Source of the DNA: Vicinamibacteria bacterium
GTDB lineage: Bacteria; Acidobacteriota; Vicinamibacteria; Marinacidobacterales; Marinacidobacteraceae
NCBI GenBank assembly: GCA_965199715.1
Contig: OZ241322.1
Coordinates: forward strand, 576,001-640,000
Direction: 5' to 3'
Length of the DNA stretch: 64,000 nucleotides
The position numbers and the translations under genes were made by a program. Below, one piece after another: positions 8,936 through 18,824 of the stretch (positions are counted from its first letter, which is position 1; each line of letters opens with the position of its first letter). The notes under the pieces are model-generated. The model worked only from the letters and a program-made list of their open reading frames with translations, did no database searches and was not told the origin of the DNA.

Positions 8936-11256
8936 CGGAAGCGGTATTGAACCCCGACCTCGAGAAGCCGGCCCAGCGGTCGGAAGCCGTTGCTCTCGAA
9001 CGCGCGGTCGTCGAAGAGGTCACGAACCTGCAGCCGCAGCCGGAGATCGTCGAGCGCATCCCAGCCGGCGACGAGATCCACGCGCCGCATCCCGGAGAAC
9101 TGGAACACCCGGCTCGAGAAATCGGTCGGATCGAAGAGCGGCCCGTACTTGTCGGAGCTCAGGTGCGCGTCCACCGCCCAGGCGAACCGCGCCGCCCGTC
9201 CGGAGAGGACGACGCTTCCCTCGTACTCCGGGAGCAACCATGCGCGGGGGAGTTCGTCGGGGGCGTTGTCGGGCGGGTCGGCGTCGGTCCAGGTGAACGA
9301 GCCCCGGACGCGGGTCGCGCCCGGAAGCGCGACGCGCGCGCTGGCCTCGATTCCCCGCGCCGCTCCCGCGCTCTCGTTCTCGTAGCCGGAGAAGCGTCCG
9401 AACGGGTCGGTCGCGGAGTCGATGGGCCCGAAGGCGATGACCTGCGGACGCTCGGAGCGGAACCAGGCCGCCTCGGCGGCGAACCCGCCGTCGAGGGAGG
9501 ACGCGGCGAAGCCCAGGTCCTGAACGGTCGTGAACTCGGGTTCGAGGCGCGGGTCGCCGTACACGGAGTAACCGAAGGACGAGTACCACGTCCCGAACCG
9601 CTCGTAGAGCGAGGGCGCCCGGAAGCCGCGAGCCCACGAACCCCGGAGCCGGAAGGAATCGGTGACCGCGAACGCTGCGGCTGCGTCGCCGCTCCAGCCG
9701 CGGCCGCCTTCGGGAGACGGAACGTCCGACCACGGGCCGCCGGCGGCGGGGCGGAGGTCCGGGGCGTCGGTCGCGAACCCCTGCATCCGAATCGCGCCCC
9801 GGATCCGGGCGCGGTCCGACAGGGCGAATTCTTCCTGGGCGAAGAACCCGATCGACGATTGCCGCGCCTCCACGCCCGCGAGCGGATTGGCCGTTTCCAT
9901 CCGTTCCACGTGCGCCTCGCCGCCGAGCGTGAGGTCATGCGCGCCGGCGGCGGCGATCCGCGCCGTCGCGCCCCGGACGCCGCCGTCCCAGGTCGAGGTC
10001 TGGAGCGAAGCCGGATCCCACGGGCTCGTCCCGAGCGGCCCGTCCTCGTTCTCGCGGACGGTCACGAGCTCCTGAAACCGCACGTCCCACGCCGCCCGGG
10101 CGCCCAGAGCGCCGGAGAGCGACGCCTGGGCGGCGAAGTAGCGGGTCCGCTGGGTGGCGTCCGGATCGACGAGATCCGGCACGAAGGTGGCTCCGCCGAA
10201 GTCAAGGTCGTCGTGCGGCGTTCCCGCCTCCAGCGCCTCGACCTGCGCGGGCGACGCAGCGTTCGCCGGGACGATTCCGGCGGGCGCGCCCGGAAGCGCG
10301 CCCGGGCTCTCGGCCAGGCCCAGACTCGCGGCCGAGCCGAGAATCCGGCCGGTGATCCGGACGCCGCCCGCTTCCAGCGACGCGCGGGCGAGGCCGCCGA
10401 GGTTCGCGTAGCGGTCGTCCCCGGTCGGGCCCTCGCGGAACCCGGTCCGGGTCAGTCCGCCCGAGACGTCGATCCCCTGCCCGTTCGTCGCGAGAAGGGC
10501 GCCGGCGCGGGACTTCCCGAGCCCTCCGAGTCCGGCGTCCAGCGTGACCCGGGGGCCGGTTTCGGCCGATCGGGTGACGATGTGGATCACGCCTCCCATG
10601 CCGTTCGTGCCGTAGAGCGAGGATCCGCCGCCGCGACGCAGCTCGACCCGATCGATCCCCAAGGTCGGGATCGCAGGCAGGATGCTGGCGGCGGAGGCCT
10701 GGGGCGCCGCCGTGTCGCGAAGCGGCGCTCCGTCCACGATCACCGCCGTGCCCGGACCGGGAAGGCCCCGCACCGACGCCGACATGACGCGGCCCGGCCC
10801 CCCGTTCTGCCGGAGGTGGAGCCCGGGAAGGCCGCGAAGCGCTTCGGCGAGCAGCCACTCGCCCCGCTCGTCCAGTTCCTCGGACGAGACGACGGACACG
10901 AGCGCGGCCGCGTCCGCCCTCGGCGCTCCGGCGGCCGAGACCACGACCTCCTCGCGCACGGCGCGGAACCGCAGCGTGAGTTCCTGCGCGGGACCGCCGG
11001 GCGCGACTTCCACCGGCGCGGACGTGAGGTCCCCGAGGCGGGCGCTCGCGAGGTAGCGGGACTCGGATAGCGCGTCGAACGAGACCGCGCCGTCGGGGTC
11101 GGCGGTCCGGCGCAGCGCATGCCCGCCGAGCATCGACTCGAGGCGCACCACGCTGCCGCCGACGGGCGCGCCGTCCTCGTCGAGGACGCGGAAGGTGAGC
11201 GATTCGCCGGCGAGCAGCGGGGGAATCGAGAGGATGAAGGAAAGAAGGAAGGCCAT
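8932..11256 (-). CDS. btuB: TonB-dependent receptor, probable cobalamin transporter (BtuB-like)
   Basis: ATG at 11256, signal peptide, carboxypeptidase-regulatory-like N-domain, plug (IDRVELRRGGGSSLYG), GFRAPSLYE, C-terminal YRFR; lies under a B12 riboswitch and next to pduO. Confidence 0.85.
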   Translation of the reverse strand: MAFLLSFILSIPPLLAGESLTFRVLDEDGAPVGGSVVRLESMLGGHALRRTADPDGAVSFDALSESRYLASARLGDLTSAPVEVAPGGPAQELTLRFRAVREEVVVSAAGAPRADAAALVSVVSSEELDERGEWLLAEALRGLPGLHLRQNGGPGRVMSASVRGLPGPGTAVIVDGAPLRDTAAPQASAASILPAIPTLGIDRVELRRGGGSSLYGTNGMGGVIHIVTRSAETGPRVTLDAGLGGLGKSRAGALLATNGQGIDVSGGLTRTGFREGPTGDDRYANLGGLARASLEAGGVRITGRILGSAASLGLAESPGALPGAPAGIVPANAASPAQVEALEAGTPHDDLDFGGATFVPDLVDPDATQRTRYFAAQASLSGALGARAAWDVRFQELVTVRENEDGPLGTSPWDPASLQTSTWDGGVRGATARIAAAGAHDLTLGGEAHVERMETANPLAGVEARQSSIGFFAQEEFALSDRARIRGAIRMQGFATDAPDLRPAAGGPWSDVPSPEGGRGWSGDAAAAFAVTDSFRLRGSWARGFRAPSLYERFGTWYSSFGYSVYGDPRLEPEFTTVQDLGFAASSLDGGFAAEAAWFRSERPQVIAFGPIDSATDPFGRFSGYENESAGAARGIEASARVALPGATRVRGSFTWTDADPPDNAPDELPRAWLLPEYEGSVVLSGRAARFAWAVDAHLSSDKYGPLFDPTDFSSRVFQFSGMRRVDLVAGWDALDDLRLRLQVRDLFDDRAFESNGFRPLGRLLEVGVQYRFR

Positions 11257-11389
11257 GACGAGTCCTCGCGGCGAAGCCGGGCGGACTCGTCCTTCCACGT
11301 TCGCGCGCACGAACCCCAAGGGAACCAAGGGGCAATGGCGGCGGAGCATGAAGGAGGGTTCTTCCCGACGAAGAAACTCCCGCAATGGG

Positions 11390-11595
11390 CTTCGGGCAGG
11401 TCTCCTGACTTACGGATCGGACGCGGGGCATCCACCCGGCCCTCCCTTCCCGCCGGCCAAGGCCGGCAGTGGGCGCCGGACCGAAGTCCGGCGCGGGCTG
11501 GGCAATCCGATTCACAGTGGCGCGGGCCGTCCGGGATTCGCACCCGGTTCCCTCTTCGTCGGCGACCGCTGGCGGCCGCCGAAACCTGAAGCCGT
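11390..11595 (-). ncRNA. cobalamin (B12) riboswitch
   Basis: Minus strand carries the canonical elements in order: CAGGT...AAGAGGGAA-CCGGGTGCGAATCCCGG-ACGGCCCGCGCCACTGTGA...CCACTG...GGGAAG...AAGTCAGGAGACCTGCC (B12 box). Confidence 0.95.
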
Positions 11596-11627
11596 GTGTG
11601 GAAGGCGGGCCGAGTATAGCGGCGGCT

Positions 11628-12800
11628 ATGGTTCCCGCCGTGCTTCGCGGCCTCGAGGATCTGGATCTCTCCGGACGGAGGCTCCTGCTGCGCGCCGACC
11701 TCAACGTCCCGCTGGATGGGGGGCGCATCGCCGACGACAGCCGCATCCGAGCCGCCGAGCCGGGCCTGCGGGCGGCGCTGGACGCCGGGGCCTCGGTCGT
11801 CCTCGCGTCGCATCTCGGGCGACCGAAGGGCGTGGATCCTGATCTCAGCCTGCTCCCGGTCGCCGAGCGTCTCGGGGCGCGGCTCGCGCCGGACGCGGGC
11901 GGCCCCCGCTCCGCCGAGCTGGCGGCGGCGCTGCGCCCCGGCGAAGTCCTGCTTCTCGAGAACCTGCGCTTCGACCGGGGCGAGACGTCGAACGATCCGC
12001 GCTTCGCCCGGCGGCTGCGCGGGCTCGCCGACGAGTACGCGCTGGACGCCTTCGGGGCCGCGCACCGGGCGCACGCCTCGGTGGACGCCTGCGCCCGACT
12101 CTTCCCGAGGCCGGCGGCCGGCTCGCTGCTGCGGCGCGAACTCGCCGCGCTCGGCCGCCTGCTCGACGATCCGCCGCGCCCGTTCGTCGCGATCCTCGGC
12201 GGCGCCAAGGTCTCGGACAAGCTCCCGGTTCTGGACGCGCTGCTGCGCCGCGCCGACCGAGTGCTGGTGGGAGGCGCGATGCAGTACACGTTCTTCGCCG
12301 CGCGGGGCCTCCCCGTCGGCGACTCGCGCCTGGAGCCGGAATTGATTCCGCGGGCGCGGGATCTGCTCGCCGCGGCCGGAGACGGGCTGATGCTCCCCGA
12401 GGACCACCGCGTCGCCCCGGCGACTTCCGCCGAGCGGGCCGACGAGCTCGCGATCGGCGAGGACGCTCCCCGGCCGTGGATGGGCCTCGACGTCGGGGGC
12501 GCGACCGTGCGGCGGTGGACCGACGTGATCGCCGGGGCGCGGACCGTCGTCTGGAACGGCCCGCTCGGGCTGTTCGAAAATCCGTGCTTCGCCCGGGGGA
12601 CGGTCGCGATCGCGGGCGCAGTCGCTCGCGCGCACGACCGGGGCGCCCTCACCGTCGTCGGCGGGGGGGATTCGCTGGCCGCGATCCGGGCGGCGGGCGC
12701 GGAAGGCCGCATCGGACATCTCTCGACCGGCGGCGGCGCGACGCTCGCGTTTCTCGCCGGCGACCGACTCCCCGGAGTGGAGGCGCTTTCCCGTGGCTGA
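11628..12800 (+). CDS. pgk: phosphoglycerate kinase
   Basis: RADLNVP, SHLGRP, LENLRF, DAFGAAHRAHAS, GGAKVSDK, WNGPLG, GGGDS, STGGGA. Confidence 0.97.
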   Translation: MVPAVLRGLEDLDLSGRRLLLRADLNVPLDGGRIADDSRIRAAEPGLRAALDAGASVVLASHLGRPKGVDPDLSLLPVAERLGARLAPDAGGPRSAELAAALRPGEVLLLENLRFDRGETSNDPRFARRLRGLADEYALDAFGAAHRAHASVDACARLFPRPAAGSLLRRELAALGRLLDDPPRPFVAILGGAKVSDKLPVLDALLRRADRVLVGGAMQYTFFAARGLPVGDSRLEPELIPRARDLLAAAGDGLMLPEDHRVAPATSAERADELAIGEDAPRPWMGLDVGGATVRRWTDVIAGARTVVWNGPLGLFENPCFARGTVAIAGAVARAHDRGALTVVGGGDSLAAIRAAGAEGRIGHLSTGGGATLAFLAGDRLPGVEALSRG

Positions 12801-13551
12801 ATCCCGCCGTCCCCTCGTGATCGGCAACTGGAAAATGCATCGGACTCCCGACGAGGCCGGGGCGCTGGCGCGGGCGATCCGAGCCGGGCTGGACCATCCG
12901 GGCGTGGACCTCGGGGTGGCGCCTACGTTTCTCGCGATCCCCGCGGTCGCGCACGCGCTGCGGGGAAGCCTTGTCGAGGTCGGGGCGCAGGACTTCCACC
13001 ACGAACCCGAGGGGGCGTTCACGGGGGCGGTCTCGGCGCCCATGCTGCGGGCGGCTGGATGTTCGTTCGTGCTGGCGGGGCATTCGGAACGGCGCCAACT
13101 GTTCGGCGAGACCGACGCGGACGTGGCCCGGAAGACGCGGGCGGCGCTCGCGGCCGGGCTGGCGCCCGTGGTCTGCGTGGGCGAGACCGCCAGCGAACGC
13201 GACGGCGGGGTCGCGGAAGCGGTCGTGCGCCGCCAGCTCGGCGCGCTCGAGGGGCTGGGCGACGCGTACGCCCGAATCGCGGTCGCCTACGAACCGGTGT
13301 GGGCCATCGGTACGGGCCGGGCGGCCACCGCCGAGACCGCGCAAGACATGCACGCCGTCATCCGCGCCCGCCTCGGCGAGATCGCCGGCGAGGCCGCCGG
13401 CGGCATGCGCATCCTTTACGGGGGCTCGGTTAAGGGCGATAATGCCCGTTCCATGACCGAAGGCGCCGATGTGGACGGCGTCCTCGTAGGCGGCGCGAGT
13501 CTCCGCGCCAATTCCTTCCTCGCGATCGTTTCCGAGATCAGCCCGACATGA
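12793..13551 (+). CDS. tpiA: triosephosphate isomerase
   Basis: GNWKM, GHSERR, AYEPVWAIGTG, LYGGSVK, VGGASL. Confidence 0.98.
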   Translation: MAESRRPLVIGNWKMHRTPDEAGALARAIRAGLDHPGVDLGVAPTFLAIPAVAHALRGSLVEVGAQDFHHEPEGAFTGAVSAPMLRAAGCSFVLAGHSERRQLFGETDADVARKTRAALAAGLAPVVCVGETASERDGGVAEAVVRRQLGALEGLGDAYARIAVAYEPVWAIGTGRAATAETAQDMHAVIRARLGEIAGEAAGGMRILYGGSVKGDNARSMTEGADVDGVLVGGASLRANSFLAIVSEISPT

Positions 13552-13859
13552 CCATCCTCGTGACCGTCCTGCACGTGTTCGTGTGCATCTTCCTCGTGCT
13601 GGTCGTCCTCACCCAGCAGGGCAAGGGCCAGGATCTCGCGAGCGCGTTCGGCGGAGCCGGCACACAGGCGGCCTTCGGCGCCCGGGGCACCGCGACCCTG
13701 CTGACCAAGATCACGACGGTCGTCGCGGCCATCTTCATGATCACGTCGCTGACGCTCGGATACCTGAGCCCCTCGACCGGCGAGATCACGGTTCTGGACG
13801 ACGCGCCGGCGCAGACCGCGCCCGTGGAAGCGGAAGAACCGGCCGAAGACCCCTCCTGA
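13548..13859 (+). CDS. secG: preprotein translocase subunit SecG
   Basis: Two TM segments around QQGKGQDLASAFGG; conserved tpiA-secG-tRNA-Leu context. Confidence 0.95.
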   Translation: MTILVTVLHVFVCIFLVLVVLTQQGKGQDLASAFGGAGTQAAFGARGTATLLTKITTVVAAIFMITSLTLGYLSPSTGEITVLDDAPAQTAPVEAEEPAEDPS

Positions 13860-13910
13860 CCGTTTGGTCTAGAATTCCCCGCCCGGTCCGGACGGATCGG
13901 GCGCGTCACC

Positions 13911-13998
13911 GCCGAAGTGGTGGAATCTGGTAGACACGTGCGCTTGAGGGGCGTATGGGCTCACGCCCGTGGGGGTTCGAATCCCCCCTTCGGCACCA
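13911..13998 (+). tRNA. tRNA-Leu(GAG)
   Basis: GCCGAAGTGGTGGAA...TTGAGGG anticodon loop, long variable arm, GGTTCGAATCC, CCA end. Confidence 0.96.
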
Positions 13999-14010
13999 GA
14001 CTCAAGGAGG

Positions 14011-14634
14011 TCATGCGCCGCGCCTGGCGTGGCGCACGTGGTGGAAGACTCCCTCGTCGTCCCGCACTCGCTCGAGCCGGATCTCCCGGAATCCGAGCGC
14101 GTTGAGCCAATCCCCGACCTCCGGGGAACCCGCGTGGACCGGCTCCACGGTCGCGGCCTCCCGATGAAACCGCGTGTGCCGATGGCCCTTCGGGAAGTCC
14201 TCGTCCGCGAGCATCACCCTCCCACCGGGCGCGAGCACCCGGCGAACCTCGCCGAGCCCCGCCTTCGGATCCGCCCAGTGGTGGAACGCCTTGATCGAGA
14301 TCGCCACGGTCGCCCAGCCGTCGGGCACGGGGAGGCGCTCCGCCCCTCCCCGTCGGACCCGGACCCGGCCGAGCAGCGGCAGCGAGCGGACGCGCACGGC
14401 GAGGAGGCACGGCCAGGCCGGATCCACGGCCCGCACCTCGACTCGCGAAGCGCTCCGGGCGGCGAGAACCGCCGACTCCCCCGGGCCGCAGCCGATGTCC
14501 ACGACGCGATCCCCCGCCTCGATTCCGGCGCGGGGAACGAGCGCGTGGTTCCACGCGCCGCGGAACCGCCGGACCACGTAGCCGATCGCCGCCGTGGTGC
14601 GGAACTTCTTCCACCACGGGCGGCGGCCGGCCAT
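14011..14634 (-). CDS. class I SAM-dependent methyltransferase
   Basis: VVDIGCGPG, AERLPVPD, FHHWADP, RRVLAPGG. Confidence 0.88.
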   Translation of the reverse strand: MAGRRPWWKKFRTTAAIGYVVRRFRGAWNHALVPRAGIEAGDRVVDIGCGPGESAVLAARSASRVEVRAVDPAWPCLLAVRVRSLPLLGRVRVRRGGAERLPVPDGWATVAISIKAFHHWADPKAGLGEVRRVLAPGGRVMLADEDFPKGHRHTRFHREAATVEPVHAGSPEVGDWLNALGFREIRLERVRDDEGVFHHVRHARRGA

Positions 14635-14681
14635 GAGCGCACCCTACCAGCCGGGCCGCTCGATTCGGTATCTTCGGGCGC

Positions 14682-15590
14682 ATGACCAAGACCGCGAATC
14701 GCACCGGCCTCGTGTACCGCGACGCCTTCCTCCGCCACGAGATCCGACCCGGACATCCCGAGTCGCCGCTCCGCCTGATCCGAATGATGGAGGCGTTCCG
14801 CGCCGCCGGGCTCCTCGAAGCGGTGGTCCCGGTGGAGAACTGGCCCGACGCGTTCGCCTCGATTCGGGGGCGGCACGAGGCCGGACACGTGGACCGGATC
14901 CGCCGCATTCCGCGCTCCGGCGAGATCGCCGAACTGGCGGTCTCGGGGGCGCTGGCCGCCTTGCGCGACGTCTCGCGCGGCGAGCTCCGCAACGCCTTTT
15001 GCGCCGTCCGCCCGCCGGGCCACCACGCGAACGACACCGGAGCCGAGGAAGGGTTCTGCTACTACTCGAACGCCGCCATCGCCGCCGACTACGCCCGGCG
15101 CGAGTGCGGGCATGAGCGGGTCCTGGTCGTGGACTGGGACTACCACCACGGAAACGCCACCCAGAACGCGTTCTACGCGGATCCGACGGTCCTCTTCTTC
15201 TCGACCCACAACCAGTACGACTACCCGGGGACGGGCGATCCGAGGCTCACCGGTCGCGGCGACGGCTCGGGAACCAACTTCAACGTCCATCTGGGGCCCG
15301 GCGCCACCGACCGCGACATGCTGAGCGCGTGGGATCGGCTGCTCCTGCCGGCGGTGGAGCGGTTCCGCCCCGACTTCGTGATCGTCTCGGCCGGCTTCGA
15401 CAGCCGGAAGGACGACCTGCTCGGCTCGTTCGACGTGACCGACGACGCCTTCCGGCGCATGACCCGCACGCTGATGGACGTGGCGGAGCACTACTGCGGC
15501 GGACGGCTGGTCTCGCTGCTCGAGGGCGGCTACAACGTGGACGGTTCGGCGCGGGCCGCCGCGACGCACCTCGCCACGCTCACCGACTGA
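14682..15590 (+). CDS. histone deacetylase family (class II-like) Zn-dependent deacetylase
   Basis: HPESP, RPPGHHA, GFCYY, DWDYHHGN, SAGFD, LEGGY. Confidence 0.94.
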   Translation: MTKTANRTGLVYRDAFLRHEIRPGHPESPLRLIRMMEAFRAAGLLEAVVPVENWPDAFASIRGRHEAGHVDRIRRIPRSGEIAELAVSGALAALRDVSRGELRNAFCAVRPPGHHANDTGAEEGFCYYSNAAIAADYARRECGHERVLVVDWDYHHGNATQNAFYADPTVLFFSTHNQYDYPGTGDPRLTGRGDGSGTNFNVHLGPGATDRDMLSAWDRLLLPAVERFRPDFVIVSAGFDSRKDDLLGSFDVTDDAFRRMTRTLMDVAEHYCGGRLVSLLEGGYNVDGSARAAATHLATLTD

Positions 15591-15603
15591 TCGGAGGACG
15601 ATC

Positions 15604-18600
15604 GTGACCCGACTCCTGCTTCTTCTGGCGCTTCTTCCCGCGACCGCGTTCGCCCAGGAACCCGCCGTCACCGAGGACCTGCTGTCGGGGCTGAAGCTCC
15701 GGGGGATCGGGCCGGCGTCGCGCTCGGGGCGCATCGCCGACGTGGCGATCGACCCGACGAACCGCTCGGTCTGGTACGTCGCGGTGGCCTCGGGGAACGC
15801 CTTCAAGACGGTGAACCGGGGCACGACGTGGGAGCCGATCTTCGAGAACTATCCGGTGTACTCCACCTCCTCGGTGGTCGTGGTTCCCTCGAATCCCAAC
15901 GTGATCTGGCTGGGCACCGGCGAGAACAACGGGCAGCGTTCGGTCCCGTGGGGGAACGGCGTGTACCGCAGCCGGGACGCCGGGCGCACCTTCGAGCACA
16001 TGGGCCTCGACGAATCGGAGCACATCGGGAAGATCGTGCTCCACCCCGAGGACAGCGACACGATCTGGGTCGCGGCGCAGGGGCCGCTGTGGCGGTCGGG
16101 CGGCGATCGCGGCCTGTATCGTTCCACCGACGGGGGCGCGAACTGGGAGCGCGTCCTCCACGTCTCGGACGACACCGGCGTCAGCGACGTGGTCCTCGAT
16201 CCGAGGAATCCCGACGTCCTCTACGCGAGCGCCTGGCAGCGCCGCCGGCACACCGGGCTCCAGATCGCGGGCGGTCCGGAAGGCGGAATCCACAAGTCGG
16301 AGGACGGCGGAACGACGTGGCGGCAGGTCACCCGCGGCCTCCCGACCGCGCCCAGGCAGGACATCGGACGCATCGGCCTCGCCGTCTCTCCGCACGACCC
16401 GGACGTGGTGTACGCCCAGGTCGCGGCCAGCGACGGGGGCAACGGCTTCTACGCCTCGACCGACCGGGGCGAGAGCTGGGAGAAGCGCAGCGACTACTTC
16501 GTCACCGACCCCCAGTACTACATGGAGATCTTCCCGGATCCGCACCATCCGGGCCGGATCTACTCGATGGACACGTGGACGCACGTCTCGGACGACGACG
16601 GCCGGACGTGGCGGCGGCACGAGAGCGAGTGGAAGCACGTGGACAACCACGACCTGGAGTTCGACCCCGACGATCCCGACTACCTGATGATGAGCAACGA
16701 CGGAGGGATCTACGAAAGCTGGGACCAGGGGAAGACCTGGAAATTCCACGCGAACCAGGCCCTCACCCAGTTCTACCGGGTGGGGATCGACAACGAGTTC
16801 CCCTTCTACAACGTCTATGGCGGCACGCAGGACAACGCGACGATGATGGGGCCGTCGCGCACCACCCACGTGCACGGAATCCGCAACAGCGACTGGGTGG
16901 ACGTGCTCGGGGGCGACGGGTTCCAGGCGCGGGTCGATCCCGAGGACCCGAACATCGTGTACGCGCAGTACCAGTACGCCGGGATCGTCCGGTACGACCG
17001 CCGCACCGGCGAGCGGGTGGACATCCAGCCGCAGCCCGAACCCGAAGACGAGCCGCTGAAGTGGAACTGGGACTCGCCGCTCATCATCTCCCCGCACGAC
17101 GCCGCGCGCATCTACTTCGGCGCCAACCGGCTCTACCGGAGCGACGACCGGGCGAACACGTGGACCGCGATCAGCGGCGATCTCACGCGGGGGATCGACC
17201 GCGCGGATCGCCTCGTCATGGGCCGCACCTGGAGCGTGGACGCGGTGTGGCGGAACCTCGCGACCTCGACCTACGGCAACATGGTCGCGCTCGACGAGTC
17301 GCGCTTCGTCGAGGGGCTGATCTACACCGGGATGGACGACGGGCGGATCCAGATCACCGGCGACGGCGGTCTCGAGTGGCGCGCGGTGGACGAGATCCCG
17401 GGCGTGCCGGAGTTCACCTACGTGGCCGACGTCCACACGTCCCGGCACCGCCCGGACCGGGTGTACGCGGTGTTCAACAACCACAAGGCGGGCGACTTCC
17501 GGCCCTACGTCGTGCGCAGCGACGACCGCGGGGTCACGTGGACGAGCATCGTCGGCGACCTTCCCGACGACCAGACCGCGTGGACCATCGTGGAGGATCA
17601 CGAGCGCGAGGGACTGCTGTTCCTCGGGACCGAGTTCGGACTCTTCGTGACGCTCGACGGGGGCGAGCGGTGGATCCGCATGAAGGGCGGCCTTCCGACC
17701 ATCGCGATCCGCGATCTCGAGATCCAGGAGCGCGAGGACGACCTTGTGCTCGCGTCCTTCGGGCGGAGCTTCTTCATCCTCGACGACTACGCGCCGCTGC
17801 GCCGGCTCGCCGAGGACGGTCTCGCCGAAGGCGGAACGGCGTTCCCGGTGAAGGACCCGTGGATGTTCATCGAGACCAATCCGCTCGGCGGCGGCGAGAA
17901 GTCGCAGCGGGGGCACGCCTTCTACACGGCGCCGAACCCTCCGTTCGGCGCGGTCGTGACGTTCGTTCTCTACGAGGGCGTCCAGTCGCTGCGCGAACGA
18001 CGGCGCGAACGCGAGCGGGCGATGGTCTCCGCCGGAGAGCCGCTCCCCTACCCCGGCTGGGAAGAGCTGCGCGCCGAGGATCGGGCCGAGGATCCGGCGG
18101 TGCAGGTCGTGATCCGCAACGAGCGGGGAGAGGTCGTCCGCCGGATTCCGGCGCCGCGGACCAAGGGCCTCCACCGGGTCGCCTGGGACCTGCGCTACCC
18201 CGACGCGGCGGGCGGCGAGCGGGGAGGACCGCTCGCGATGCCCGGAACCTACACGGCGGAAGTCGTGCGGCGGGACCACGAGGGAACGACGCGCGTCGGC
18301 GAGCCGCAGACGTTCACGCCGCGGGTGCTGGTCCGGGAAGGAACGCCGCCGGTCGATGAGGAGGCTCGCCACGCCTTCCAGGTCGAAGTCGCCGCGCTCC
18401 AGCGCCGCGTCTTCGGAGCCGTTTCGGCGCTCGAGGCCGCGATCGAGCGCGCGGAGGCGCTGGCCCGCGCCATCGAGGGGTCGGTCGCTCCCGGCGACCT
18501 GCGCGGCCGGGCGGCGGAGATTCGGGTCGCGCTGCTCGACCTCCGGGTTCGGTTCCTCGGCGACGACACCGTCCGCCGGCGCGCCGAAGCGGCGCTCCCG

Positions 18601-18816
18601 GGGATGCGCCAACGCCTCCAGCGGGTCGTCGGCGCGTTCTGGTCCACCGCCGACCCGACCGCGACCCATCGCCGCCAGCTCGAGATCGTCGAGGAGCAGT
18701 TCGGCGCGGCGGGCGCGGAACTGCGGGAGCTGGTCGAGACCCGGCTGGCGGCGCTGGAGGCGGACGCCGACGCCGCGGGCGTTCCCTGGACTCCGGGCCG
18801 CCCGGTCCCGCGCTGA
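15604..18816 (+). CDS. exported VPS10/sortilin-like BNR (Asp-box) repeat protein
   Basis: Signal peptide, GPASRSGRI, many SxDxGxTW Asp-boxes, GGTQDN, GGDGF, C-terminal coiled coil. Confidence 0.88.
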   Translation: MTRLLLLLALLPATAFAQEPAVTEDLLSGLKLRGIGPASRSGRIADVAIDPTNRSVWYVAVASGNAFKTVNRGTTWEPIFENYPVYSTSSVVVVPSNPNVIWLGTGENNGQRSVPWGNGVYRSRDAGRTFEHMGLDESEHIGKIVLHPEDSDTIWVAAQGPLWRSGGDRGLYRSTDGGANWERVLHVSDDTGVSDVVLDPRNPDVLYASAWQRRRHTGLQIAGGPEGGIHKSEDGGTTWRQVTRGLPTAPRQDIGRIGLAVSPHDPDVVYAQVAASDGGNGFYASTDRGESWEKRSDYFVTDPQYYMEIFPDPHHPGRIYSMDTWTHVSDDDGRTWRRHESEWKHVDNHDLEFDPDDPDYLMMSNDGGIYESWDQGKTWKFHANQALTQFYRVGIDNEFPFYNVYGGTQDNATMMGPSRTTHVHGIRNSDWVDVLGGDGFQARVDPEDPNIVYAQYQYAGIVRYDRRTGERVDIQPQPEPEDEPLKWNWDSPLIISPHDAARIYFGANRLYRSDDRANTWTAISGDLTRGIDRADRLVMGRTWSVDAVWRNLATSTYGNMVALDESRFVEGLIYTGMDDGRIQITGDGGLEWRAVDEIPGVPEFTYVADVHTSRHRPDRVYAVFNNHKAGDFRPYVVRSDDRGVTWTSIVGDLPDDQTAWTIVEDHEREGLLFLGTEFGLFVTLDGGERWIRMKGGLPTIAIRDLEIQEREDDLVLASFGRSFFILDDYAPLRRLAEDGLAEGGTAFPVKDPWMFIETNPLGGGEKSQRGHAFYTAPNPPFGAVVTFVLYEGVQSLRERRRERERAMVSAGEPLPYPGWEELRAEDRAEDPAVQVVIRNERGEVVRRIPAPRTKGLHRVAWDLRYPDAAGGERGGPLAMPGTYTAEVVRRDHEGTTRVGEPQTFTPRVLVREGTPPVDEEARHAFQVEVAALQRRVFGAVSALEAAIERAEALARAIEGSVAPGDLRGRAAEIRVALLDLRVRFLGDDTVRRRAEAALPGMRQRLQRVVGAFWSTADPTATHRRQLEIVEEQFGAAGAELRELVETRLAALEADADAAGVPWTPGRPVPR

Positions 18817-18824
18817 GCGCGCGC

